From positions 42,658,001 to 42,722,000 of the forward strand of contig NC_086108.1 of NCBI RefSeq assembly GCF_963921235.1: DNA of 64,000 nt, in the 5' to 3' direction. Under the pieces are notes generated by a model. It was not told the DNA's origin. It searched no databases and was given only the letters and a program-made list of their open reading frames with translations. This document shows, one piece after another, positions 13,010 through 25,100 of this stretch (the stretch's first letter is position 1; every line of letters starts with the position of its first letter). The position numbers and the translations under genes were made by a program. This stretch comes from Mobula hypostoma. Taxonomy: Eukaryota.

Positions 13010-13222
13010 ACTCACCGCTGCCAGTAAGGAGTTTGTATGTTCTCCCCATGACTGCGTGGGTTTCCTCTGGGTGCTCCAGTTTCCTCCCACAGTCCAAAGA
13101 CATAATGGTTGGTAGGTTAATTGGTCATTGTAAATTGTCCTGTGATTGGGTTAGGATTAAACCTGGGTGATGTGGTTTGAGGGTTAGAAGGGCCTTTTCC
13201 CCGCTATATCTCAATAAATAAA
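13010..13222 (+). mobile_element. V-SINE (HE1-like), 5'-truncated
   Basis: V-domain GGAGTTTGTATGTTCTCCCC...GTGGGTTTCCTCTGGGTGCTCCAGTTTCCTCCCACAGTCCAAAGAC; AATAAATAAA tail. Confidence 0.85.
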
Positions 13223-13439
13223 TGTGCATGTGAGATAAAATGTGTAGGCATAAAACGGAGACATTTGAGATGAATGCTGGAAGAGACTACATTTTAAAAT
13301 CCCAAGGGAGGGAGAGGGGGAGGATGACCATAGAGTCTACTGGCTCAATGGATGGCCTTTTAGGACCAATGGGCACCGGCTGGAGTGGGTCCTGAACAAC
13401 TGGAGTTCATTTATTTCAGTTGCACAGCCCAGCAACCCC

Positions 13440-13655
13440 TGACTTAACCCTAGCCTAATCATGGGACAATTTACAATGATCAATTAACTTACAGTCTTTG
13501 GACCATGGGGAAAAAACTGGAGCACCCAGAGAAAACCCATGCATTCCACAGGGAGATGTACAGACTCCTTACAGACGATGTCAGAATTGAACTCCAAAAT
13601 CTGACACCGTGAGTTGTAATTGTGTTACACTAACTGCTACACTACTGTGGTGCCC
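13440..13655 (-). mobile_element. V-SINE (HE1-like) with tRNA-derived head
   Basis: Reverse-complement V-domain and B-box-like GAGTTCAATTC; convergent with the 13010 copy. Confidence 0.8.
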
Positions 13656-14028
13656 AAGACAAGGCAGATAATGTTTTGATTTGAAAATACAATACTTATT
13701 TTAAAAGCAAAAGGAACAAATCAAAACGGTTTAAGCACAGCGTAATGCTTCCTATTTTCCCTGTAAAAACAAAACATAGGAAAAAAGTTTCAGCACATTT
13801 CTGGACTCTACACTGTAAAAGAGACAATGAAGCACTGCAAAACTGCAATAATCAAAATATAACACTGTTATCAAAACAGAAAGATCACTGCTATCAGGGA
13901 AGACTAAATGTAGGATAAGATTTTACCACTATGAAAGATGAATCTGGACCAAAGTAGTCCATTTAAATGAAAATCCGAAACTCGGCCATAAGTACTAGAT
14001 TATTATTAATGAATCAAATGCACAAATT

Positions 14029-14627
14029 TCAAGGTTGTCAAGCCGAGGGGTGGTAGTGGGGACAAGCTCCCACTACCTAAAAGTGCTCCTCACTGCATGC
14101 GCCTCAAATAGCCTCTGACAACCAAGTCCAACTCCTGGCCTTCTCATGTGGCTTAGCCTCTAAGCCCCGTGGAACTGTTTCTACTGACAGGAGAAGGGGC
14201 GAAGGCGGGTCCTGGTGCCTTAAAACCAGTGCTTCGGGTAGATGGAGCTTGTCAGCCTGGGAAGGCAGTCCATCTAGAGAGGGAAAACTCTGGTCTCAAA
14301 CCTCCACTGCCTTGTGGCCATACCCACTCATGGGAAAGGCTTTGGGAGTAAACCCTGAGGACAAATCCAGAGCTGGAGTCCCTAAGGCAGTCCGACATTT
14401 CCTTCAATCTCATTCTGGAAACTCCTACGACACCACCGGTGCCAAGCTGTATCGGCCCCTGCCCTTCCCTTGGACAACATCGGTGGCGTGGAGAGGGGAG
14501 ACTTGCAGCATGGGCAACTGCTGGTCTTCCATACAACCTTGCCCAGGCCTGCACCTTGGAGAGGAAAGACTTTCCAGGCGCAGATCCATGGTCTTGCGAG
14601 ACTAAAGGATACCACCACCACCACCAC
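14029..14627 (+). mobile_element. ~600-bp non-autonomous retroposon, probably RTE-derived, with (CCA)n tail
   Basis: Perfect 14-bp TSD CAAATGCACAAATT (14015-14028 / 14628-14641); trinucleotide tail; RTE 5'-UTR-like motifs; no credible ORF. Confidence 0.8.
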
Positions 14628-14959
14628 CAAATGCACAAATTAGAAATTGATTTCTGAAATGTTAATAGCAAACCACTGTTATGGATCAGACCTTGAAACA
14701 CAACTCTTCCGTTATCCTGTGAGACAATAGAATATTTTAATTCCAGTTTATTTTCCAAAATGGACTGAACCAATAGCTATGGGTCAGAAATCATTTATGG
14801 GGGACCATGGTAGTAGGAGAGACCATCAGACTTGGGTTGTAGTTATCAATCAAAATGTGCAATGTTGGCCAGTGATGCTACGCCACAGATGTGGAGAGTT
14901 AAAGTGTGCGTGCTGCTTTGTTTTCTGACGTCTGTGCACACAGTAGCAAATCATTCCCA

Positions 14960-15125
14960 TCTTATTCTTATCTGGAGAGCAAATGAAGAACGGGAAATCT
15001 TTACATCCACCTGAGAGAAGTCAGGGCTTAGTGTCTCTAAAAGATGTTGCCTAGCACACGTATGTCTGGAGAAGGCCTTGAACCACAGTCTTCTGATTGT
15101 GTGGCAAGCCAGCAACCAGCTAAGC
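14960..15125 (-). mobile_element. Old Deu-domain SINE (SacSINE1/AmnSINE-like) fragment
   Basis: TTTACATCCACCTGAGA and CTTGAACCACAGTCTTCTGA motifs, recalled from that family; strongly decayed. Confidence 0.5.
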
Positions 15126-15226
15126 ATACTGTCATTAGAAGGGCACAGGGGCGTCAGGGGTTTACATTGATGGGATTCAACCACCAGATAATTTAGAACA
15201 GATGCCTCAGATAATTCATCTACAAA

Positions 15227-15730
15227 TACACTGTGGCCACTTTATTAGGTACACCTGTACACCTGCTGGTTAATACAAATATCTGGTCAGCCAATCATGT
15301 GGCAGCAACTCAGCCTGCATGAAAGCATGCAGACACTGTTGGTCAGAGCAAGCATCAGAATGGGGAAGAAATGTGATCGAAGTGACTTTTACAGTGGAGT
15401 GATTGTTGGTGCCGCACGGCGTGGTTTGAGTATCTCAGAAACTGCTGATCTCCTGGGATGTTCGCGCACAGCAGACTCGAGTTTACCGAAAATGGTGCGG
15501 AAAATAGAATCCGGTTAGCGGCGGTTCTGTGAGCGAAAATATTTTGCGAATGAGAGAGGTTAAAAGAGAATGGCCAGACTGGTTCCAGCAGGCAGGAAGG
15601 CGACGGCAACCACGCGGTAAAACAGAAGAGCATCTCTGAATGCAGAACAGGTCGATCCTTGACGTGGATGGGCTACAGCAGGAGAAGACCACGAACGTAC
15701 ACCCAGTGGCTACACTATTAGCATACATTG
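15227..15730 (+). mobile_element. Internally deleted Tc1/mariner element
   Basis: TA + CACTGTGGCCACTTTATTAGGTACACC terminus; transposase HTH remnant MGKKCDRSDF..GVIVGA...GLSISETADLLG.SRT. Confidence 0.85.
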
Positions 15731-15899
15731 CCAAGGGCGACTATTGGCTGAAGCAAACTACTCAAAATTAGGTATAATCTTTCAGACTCGAAACAGTATT
15801 TCACTTCAGAACATCAAGATTTTGCTCCAACAAAACAAAGTGTGGCCAGCCCGCTGTAGGATGTAATAAGGCCAACGGGTGCAAATACCAAAATCGGGC

Positions 15900-16020
15900 T
15901 GTGGTGTGTCATTGGTTAAATTGCGTAAAAGGGGCGGTGTCAGACTTCAGGATTTGTAGCCATTTCGCGCAGTAAGGCAGTTCTTATAAAGTGATATTTC
16001 GGATGTTTGTCCACAGTGAA
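15900..16020 (+). promoter_or_regulatory. FNDC7 core promoter
   Basis: Inverted CCAAT (ATTGG 15911), GC box GGGGCGG (15931), E2F-like TTTCGCGC (15963) and TATAAA (15985-15990), about 90 nt upstream of the ATG. Locally CpG-rich. Confidence 0.6.
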
Positions 16021-16081
16021 ACTGTACGCCGCTTTCGCACAAATCTGGTTCCAAACTGATGCTGGGGAAATCCATCAAACA

Positions 16082-16129
16082 ATGGGCACTGGAGGATTGA
16101 CTTATGTGCTGCTTGTCTGCATTACAAAC
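16082..16129 (+). CDS. FNDC7: FNDC7 exon 1 (signal peptide MGTGGLTYVLLVCITN)
   Basis: ACA-ATG-G Kozak, hydrophobic core, GTGAGT donor, phase 0. Confidence 0.8.
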
Positions 16130-19100
16130 GTGAGTTACAGCGTGCGCACATTGGAAAGATAAGTTTCAAGTTTCGATAAATAAAGTTACTTTGCCGACTA
16201 TCCAATTGGTATGGTTTCTGACAGCACTTCTGTAACATGTGATGAAATTGTTTTAATATTCCGATAATAATTAGTTTTTTTTGCCTGAAAGGACCGCTGA
16301 GGACTTTAAATATATACATGTGAATGTTAATATACCAGGACGTCTCAGTTGACTATCAAAAGGGACCCTTTTGAGTAGATGCTGCATGTTAGAACAGTGG
16401 TTCTTTCAATAGCTGTCAGCGTCCCCCAGGCGTGAGCTCTGAATCAATGGGGAGATTCAAGAAGGGAAATTTGAAATAGAAACGTGATATTTAAATTCTA
16501 TGGCAAAAGCCATGGCAAGATTAAAACTCGCGAAAAAAATGCTCCATCCTGTTGTCACACTTTTGTGTCTGACCCCTTTTGAGTGGAAGGGAGATAGTAG
16601 GAAGATAATTATTTGTTTTTTTTAAATAAACGAGATTCCTTTATTTTAACTGTAACATTCCTTGAGCCGTATTAGAAAAATGAAAATAGTATCATAATGA
16701 ATTCTGTGCTTTTATTCTGTTCAATTTTTTTCCAGATGTCCTTGGCAAGCGTGGGTAAGATGATTCTTCTTTCAATAGATACTCGTAATTATTGCTGTCT
16801 AATGGAACTGTATTCTATAAAGAGCAGATAAATCGCATGAAGTCACGCGGTACTCCAGCTACAAACGAAAAATAAGGCTTTGTCCGTAGTATATTAAAGG
16901 ATAAACTTACAGATCAAAAATATTTACATAGCCAGCAATAATCTCAATTGTAGTATAGAGTATTACTTGTGCACGCCTGCATTTACTACACACACAAACC
17001 GCGACCAGATTACAAAAACACACTCGTTAATCCGTATCCTTTCTTTTTAAGATTTCACCCTATCGATTTACACCGTGACTTCCAGGAGTATTTCAGCTCG
17101 CTGGAGCCAATGCGTAGGAGCACATTCCTACAAGCTTTCCGCAGCTTCCAATACAGCCACGCAACAGCCCGTATTTGTTCTCTTCGACAATCGATTTGTT
17201 CTCGGTACTGTGTCCAACCTGTTGCCTGCAACTCAGTACAATATCAAAGTAGAGGCTTTTGATTCGAGCGGGAACGTACTGGCTGAAGCTGAACTACAAC
17301 ACCAGACAGGCGAGTTTTACAAAATTATATTCCACTCCTTCAAATCCGTGTGACTTTACCTGTAACTTCCCGTCACGGCAAAGGTGAGATTGATTATCTT
17401 TGCAGAAACCAAGCGGCAACTTCAGGGGAGAGCAAATGCAAAGTCAAGGGCAGAAATCTCAATGAACTTTTTACTTGTTTGTCTTGTCAGGAATAGGTTT
17501 GAAAGATTTGCACTTGGGTAGAAATGAATTAAATTTCCTGCAGAAAGTTTCTTGTCAGTTTTATGTCCTTGTAACCGATTATATAAGTATTACTTATTGC
17601 CAATCAACATCCAAGAACTAAAAATTTAATAATAATATCGTCTTTCAATTGGTGGAAATATGAAAATATAGGATTTTTTCAACTTTCATTCATTTTTAAT
17701 CAAATCTTTCCATGTCGCTTCTAGTTTCAATTACCTTACCTGATTAAACGATTTAGTTTCATGATCTTCAATCTGATTTGTGAGGGTCAGGCACAGTTGT
17801 CAGTTTCTCTCACCTCAAGACAAAGAGTGCACATTAGTCTTGTTTTGCCATTACCAGTGCTTAATTATTGTAACTTTCATATTAAAAAAATTAAACAAAA
17901 ATGAAAGAGAAGGGTAAATAACAACAGATTTCAATTCACTCCTACAGAAAATAATGGTTCAAAATATTTTAATGGTGACTTATTTTGTTGTGATTGCGCT
18001 CGTTCATTCTCCTTTTTCTATGTTCGTTGTTGAATCTTAAAGCTATAAGTTGTGATAATTATTTACAAAACATTTAAAAAATTATGATTCGTTTATTCAA
18101 TACAAAATATTAAGCTAGTTATTTTAAATAAGCTACTAAATGTACACGAATGGCAAAAAATGAAAACAAATAATTGCTTATTAATACAGATACTGTAATA
18201 CTAATTTCTGAACTATGGAACTATATGCATTATTAAAATCACAAAATGTACAGTAAGGGATTATTTGAAACCATAAATTTACATTGCTGAGGTCTGCTCG
18301 CACTAGTTTAATGGAGGTAATAAATTATTTTCTATATAGGCACTACTGTATCCTCTAAAATGGAGTTATGAGGGGTATTTCAGAAAATTTCATAGCCTGA
18401 ATGACTATACTCAAATATCTAAATTACTCACCTTTTTTTCTGATTTCACTATTTGGAAGTTGCTGGTGATTTACCTTTTCTTAAGGCTCTGTGTGAGTGT
18501 AAGGTTCTGATATTACTTTCTGGACCAACGGTAACAGGTACGTGACTGGAGACCCAACCTTGGAGTCCAAAAAGGTTTCCTGAGAACGAACGCAAACACG
18601 AGGAAATCTGCAGATGCTGGGATTTCAAGCAACACACACAAAAGTTGCTGGTGAACGCAGCAGGCCAGGCAGCATCTCTAGGAAGAGGTACAGTCGACGT
18701 TTCGGGCCGAGACCCTTCACCAGGACTAACGTAAAGAAGAACTAGTAAGAGATTTGAAAGTGGGAGGGGGAGGGGGAGCTCCGAAATGATAGGAGAAGAC
18801 AGGAGGGGGAGGGATGGAGACAAGAGCTGGACAGGTGATTGGCAAGAGAGATATGAGAGGATCATGGGACGGGAGGCCTAGGGAGAAAGAAAGGGGTAGG
18901 GGGAAACCCAGAGGATGGGCAAGGGGTATAGTGAGAGGGACAGAGGGAGAAAAAAGGAGAGAGAGAAAAAGAATGTGTGTATATAAATAAATAAATAACG
19001 GATGGGGTACGAGGGGGAGGTGGGGCATTATCGGAAGTTTGAGAAGTCAATGGTTGCAGGCTACCCAGACGGAATATAAGGTGTTGTTCCTCCAACCTGA

Positions 19101-22100
19101 GTGTGGCTTCATCTTTACAGTAGAGGAGGCCGTGGATAGACATATCAGAATGGGAATGGGACGTGGAATTAAAATGTGTGGCCACTGGGAGATCCTGCTT
19201 TCTCTGGCGGACAGAGCGTAGCTGTTCCGCGAAACGATCTCCCAGTCTGCGTCGGGTCTCGCCAATATATAGAAGGCCGCATCGGGAGCACCGGACGCAG
19301 TATATCACCCCAGCCGATTCACAGGTGAGGTGTCGCCTCACCTGGAAGGACTGTCTGGGGCCCTGAATGGTAGTGAGGGAGGAAGTGTAAGGGCATGTGT
19401 AGCACTTGTTCCGCTTACACAGATAAGTGCCAGGAGGGAGATCAGTGGGGAGGGATGGGGGGGACGAATGGACAAGGAAGTCGCGTAGGGAGCGATCCCT
19501 GCGGAAAACGGGGGGGGGGGGGAGGGGAAGATGTGTTTAGTGGTGGGATCCCGTTGGAGGTGGCGGAAGTTTCGGAGAATAATATGTTGGACCCGGAGGC
19601 TGGTGGGGTGGTAGGTGAGGACCAGGGGAACCCTATTCCTAGTGGGTGGTGGCGGGAGGATGGAGTGAGAGCAGATGTACGTGAAATGGGAGAGATGCGT
19701 TTGAGAGCAGAGTTGATGGTGGAGGAAGGGAAGCTCCTTTCTTTAAAAAAGGAAGACATCTCCTTCGTCCTGGAATGAAAAGCCTCATCCTGAGAGCAGA
19801 TGCGGCGGAGACGGAGGAATTGCGAGAAGGGGATGGCATTTTTGCAAGAGACAGGGTGGGAAGAGGAATAGTCCAGGTAGCTGTGAGAGTCAGTAGGCTT
19901 ATAGTAGACATCAGTAGATAAGCTGTCTCCAGAGACAGAGACAGAAAGATCTAGAAAGGGGAGGGAGGTGTCGGAAATAGACCAGGTAAATTTGAGGGCA
20001 GGGTGAAAGTTGGAGGCAAAGTTAATGAAGTCAACGAGCTCAGCATGCGTGCAGGAAGCAGCGCCAATGCAGTCGTCGATGTAGCGAAGGAAAAGTGGGG
20101 GACAGATACCAGTATAGGCTTGGAACATGGATTGTTCCACAAAGCCAACAAAAAGGCAGGCATAGCTGGGACCCATGCGGGTGCCCATAGCTACACCTTT
20201 AGTTTGGAGGAAGTGGGATGAGCCAAAGGAGAAATTATTAAGAGTAAGGACTAATTCCGCTAGACGGAGCAGAGTGGTGGTAGAGGGGAACTGCTTAGGT
20301 CTGGAGTCCAAAAAGAAGCGTAGAGCTTTGAGACCTTCCTGATGGGGGATGGAAGTATATAAGGACTGGACATCCATGGTGAAAATAAAGCGGTGGGGGC
20401 CAGGGAACTTAAAATCATCGAAAAGTTTAAGAGCGTGAGAAGTGTCACGAACATAGGTCGGAAGGGATTGAACAAGGTATGATAAAACAGTGTCGAGGTA
20501 TGCAGAAATGAGTTCGGTGGGGCAGGAGCAAGCTGAGACAATAGGTCTACCTGGACAGGCAAGTTTGTGGATCTTGGGTAGGAGGTAGAAACGGGAAGTG
20601 CGGGGTGTGGGAACCATAAGGTTGGTAGCAGTGGATGGGAGATCCCCTGAGCGGATAAAGTCGGTGATGGTGTGGGAGACAATGGCCTGGTGCTCCTTAG
20701 TGGGGTCACGATCGAGGGGTAAATAAGAGGAGGTATCCGCGAGTTGTCGCTGTGCCTCGGCAAGGTAGAGGTCAGTGCGCCAGACCACAACAGCACCCCC
20801 CTTATCTGCGGGTTTAATAATAAGGTTAGGATTAGTGCGGAGGGAGTGGAGAGCAGAGCGTTCCGAAGGAGTGAGGTTGGAATGGGGACAAGGTGCGGTG
20901 AAGTCGAGACGGTTGATGTCCCATCGGCAATTAGCAATAAAGAGATCCAGAGCAGGCAGAAGACCAGAGCGGGGTGTCCATGAAGAAGAGGAGGGTTGAA
21001 GACGGAAGAAGGGGTCATCGGTGGGGGTGGGAGAGTCCTTGCCGAAGAAGTAGGCTCGAAGACGGAGCCGACGGAAAAAGAGTTCCGCGTCTTGGCGAAC
21101 GCGGAACTCGCTGAGGTGTGGGCGCAGGGGGACAAAAGTGAGGCCCTTACTGAGGACAGAGCGTTCTGCCTCAGACAGTTGAAGGTCGGAGGGGATGGGA
21201 AAGACCCGGCACGGATGAGAGCTGGGGTCAGAGGGAGGAGGGGGATGGAGGCTGGTGGTGTCAGTGGAGAGGGGAGGGTTGGGGTGAGAGGAAGATGGAG
21301 CCTCTGAGGGCCCAGGAGCTGACAGTGGGATCTGAGGGAGACGGGGTTGCAGAGTAGTGCTGGGGGAAGGGGAGACGGGAGTGACAACAGCAGCACGTGA
21401 AGACCCGGCCTGGAGTTCAGGGCTGGAATCTTGAGAGCTCGGATCAGAGGGAGAGGGGTGGGGGGAGGCAGGGGGTGTCAGGGTGTCACGGCCTCCTCTA
21501 CTGTAAAGATGAAGCCACACTCAGGTTGTAGGAACAACACCTTATATTCCGTCTGGGTAGCCTCCAACCTGATAGCATGGACATCGACTTCTCAAACTTC
21601 CGCTAATGCCCCAGCTCCCATCGTACCCGAATCCGTTATTTATTTATTTATATACACACATTCTTTTTCTCCCTCTGTCCCTCTCACTATACCTCTTGCC
21701 CATCCTCTGGGTTTCTCCCTCCCCCTTTTTTTCTCCCTGGGCCTCCTGTCCCATGATCCTCTCATATCCCCCTTGCCAATCACCTATCCAGCTCTTGTCT
21801 CCATCCCTCCCCCCTCCTGACTTCTGCTATCATTTTGGATCTCCCCCTCCCACTTTCAAATCTCTTACTGGCTTTTCTTTCAGTTAGTCCTGACCAAGGG
21901 TCTCGGCGGGAAACGTTGGCTGTACCTCTTCCTAGAGATGCTGCCTGGCCTGCTGCGTTCACCAGCAACTTTGATGTGTGTTTCCTGAGAATGAAGTTGT
22001 CTTTACACCAGAAGTACGTTTTTTAAAAACCATGATAACTCAGTAATCAGATGAAAGCTCAAATCTGTATTCAGGCTTATACATGTGCCTGTTCTGGTAT

Positions 22101-25100
22101 GATCAATTTCTTTTAAAATAGGGGGTTTAACTGAAAATTTCAGAATTTTAAAATCTCCAAATAGGTCATGGAACATGAATGTGTTGAATTTCGGAAGTTT
22201 TGCTCACTGATGTTATCAAATCAAGCTTGAAGTGAGGTGGTGGACAGTTGTGGATGCTGGACTTTAGTGCTTGGCCCCTAACACCCTCAACATTTTATAG
22301 TGGGGGAGGGGGAGTGTGTTCTCCATTTGATCCAGCTGATTTGTAGAATCTGTGGAGGGTGTGGGGCGGGGGGGAACACGGGCATTCATGAAGTGCCTTC
22401 TTTAGGAGACTCGATGGGAGATTTCAGAACTTAGAACCTTTTCAGGAGCGAAGAGACTCCTGATGATTAGGATCACTCTGAAGATCACAGGAGTTCAAGA
22501 ATGCTGATTGCTGCAGAGTCGGGAAGAACTCACAGGATTTGGATTCAGAATAAAGTTCTCTGAACTGGAAGTGGCAATGCTCCAGCCAAGTATTTCACTT
22601 TATTTACTTCAGTAGTATTTGGAACTTGTCTGTTAAGGCTCAAACAGTCCTGACACTGGCTGCCACCCTGCATAGAGAGTCACACCAGAGACTAAGATTT
22701 GGGCCTTGGACCATTTAGTTCTTTTTTGTATAAATAGACTAACGGTTTCTTCAAGTAGAGGATGTTTTTCATTGTCCTTTACTGAGGTGGTATCCAGCAC
22801 CATGTTTGTGCCTATCAAAAGCCATCTTGATTCCTACAACACTTAGAAACCAAAGGGTATGATCAATCCCAATTAGTTACCAATTAGCCTTAATGATGTG
22901 AGTTTTGATGCAATTGTTAGTGCTCATTTCTGAGCCAGAAAATCATGGGATTAACTTGCATATCAGTACAAACTTCAAGAAGATGGGGAAATAATGCTCA
23001 AGTTATGATGCTAAACTAAGTCACTGCCATGCTTTGCATTTGGAGATAAAATATTCAAAGGCATCGTTCAAAGAAGTACAGGTTAGTTTGATTGTTGTGC
23101 CATAAGTTAGGAATTATTTAAATGTTGAATACAGTCAATAGAGAAAATCTTTCCCTTCCTGACCTCCTCAATTATTTGCAGTTTGTTAACTACCAAGCAA
23201 ATATAGAATCAAACTATGTGAGACCATTCAACCCATCTAGCTTTGCCAGTCTTTGAAACAGCTACCAATTGGTTCAACCACTCCTTTCTCTCGTAATGTC
23301 ACACTTTCTTCTTTCAGCTAAGGAACAAAACTTTTTGGACGTACTATTGAATCTACAACTCTCTCAAACAGCGCTATTCAAATAATTGCCTTAAAATAAT
23401 CTCCTTCTCCTATTGGTCTTTATTACCAGTTATGTTAGTTGAATGCCCCCCAGTTACTGAATCTCCTGCTAGTAGAAATAGTTTCTGCTTACTTGCTCTG
23501 TCAAACCCACCTCCTGGAATATTGAATATTTAACCTTCATTAAATATTTCCTTGGCCTTCTCTGCTCCAACCTGAAGAATCCAAGATCCTCTAGTTTTCT
23601 GAATAATAAAGTCTCCATTACACTGAGGGCAGTTTATTTAACCATTCTGTGGACAGAATCAAATGCACCCCAGAGAAAATCTGCAAACCAAAGGTCCAAT
23701 ATCCAGGATTTTCAGATCATGTCCGATGAAACATTTGGTGCATCATTTTCTGCTGGGAGATGAAGGTGAGAATTCATTTTGTACACAATAATATCAAATC
23801 TTGCTTCAATATTAAATTGGGTGAATTAGAGAGTGCAATCAGCTCATTCATATCTAAATCATTTGATAACAGAACCAAAATGGTTTATAGATATAATGAT
23901 AATGCAAGGCATTGTTGCCACAAAGGCTTATTTAAATTAACTTGTTTATGAAAATGGAACAGTTTTATCAGCTAGGGTATTGGGAAAAAATATTCCGAAT
24001 TAACTCTCATTTTGTTTTTAATAGCTCCTGATATCCCTTTGAACATAAAGGCTTATTCAAAGTCCAGCAACAGCATTACTGTGAATTGGTCTGCAGTTCC
24101 CAAAGCCACAGGCTATATTGTGAAAGCCAAAGCTGGCAATTCAATCACTAAAATAGTCGTCAACGATGCATCAGGGACCCTGACAGGTCTACAGCCATAT
24201 ACTTCATACGTCATCTCTGTGCAGTCTTCAAATTCTGGAGGAAACAGTCAGCCATCACTACCCGTAGAAACAAGAACAGGTATCTTTATACAATCTTCAC
24301 TAGGGTGGAGAGAAGCAAGGGGTACCTACTGTGCCACAGGGCAGTGCTGACTCTCAGATGCAAGCAGTTCCTGTACAGTTGCTAATAGTGTAAATGACAG
24401 GTGGCCTTGCAAATTGAAGACTGCTTCAAGGAAACTTGTAGACTTGACACAGTGTCAGTAAAATATTTAACGTAGATTATACTGTGCAAAACAATCACAA
24501 ACTTAATTGAATTTGAAACTCTGTAGGCATTTTCAGTGACAATTCATTGTGACCGGGTTCATTGTATTTTGTGAGAATGGCTTTAATTGTGCACCATAAA
24601 TTCTAGGAAATTCTAGGCAGTTTCTAGAGTAGGTTACATGGTCGGCACAACGTTGTGGGCCAAAGAGCCTGTAATGTGCCGTAGATTTCTATGCTTCTAT
24701 AAGACCTGGTGTGAATTCAATACGTAACAAATTTAAATTAATTTTAAATATACCCCTATTTTTAATTAATGTTGTTGCAGAATCATAAACCATAGAATTG
24801 AGGTGAAATAAATAACAACAATTAGTTGATGAGGAATCTATTTTAGAGTAAATATTTAATGAGAATTACATTTCAAGTTCTGCCATATATTGCTTAAAAA
24901 GTTTTGTCTATTAATGCAAATTCTAAGAATAATTGTCCGTTTCCAGTTTTAGATGCCCCAGTCATCCACTCATCTTCCACAAGCTTTAATATCATCACTG
25001 TGAGTTTGGAGCCTGTGTCCCAAGCTGTGAGATACAGCTTCATTATCATCAGGTCAGATGCAATGGGCAACAAAGTTAAAAAAACCACAACCTCTACTAA

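Noticed and set aside
14120..14212. Full twister or HDV-like ribozyme fold in the RTE-type short element
   Set aside because: Partial resemblances exist (TAAGCCCC, GAAGGGG, GGCGAA), but the required P4 or P1 pairings could not be formed by eye. Kept only as a testable idea.
14252..14773. 173-aa ORF with poly-Trp, and overlapping poly-His and poly-Val ORFs
   Set aside because: Artefacts of the (CCA)n retroposon tail.
20260..21396. 378-aa ORF overlapping the Penelope RT in another frame
   Set aside because: Low-complexity P/S/L/T sequence expected from the C-rich, stop-poor strand; no domain motifs.
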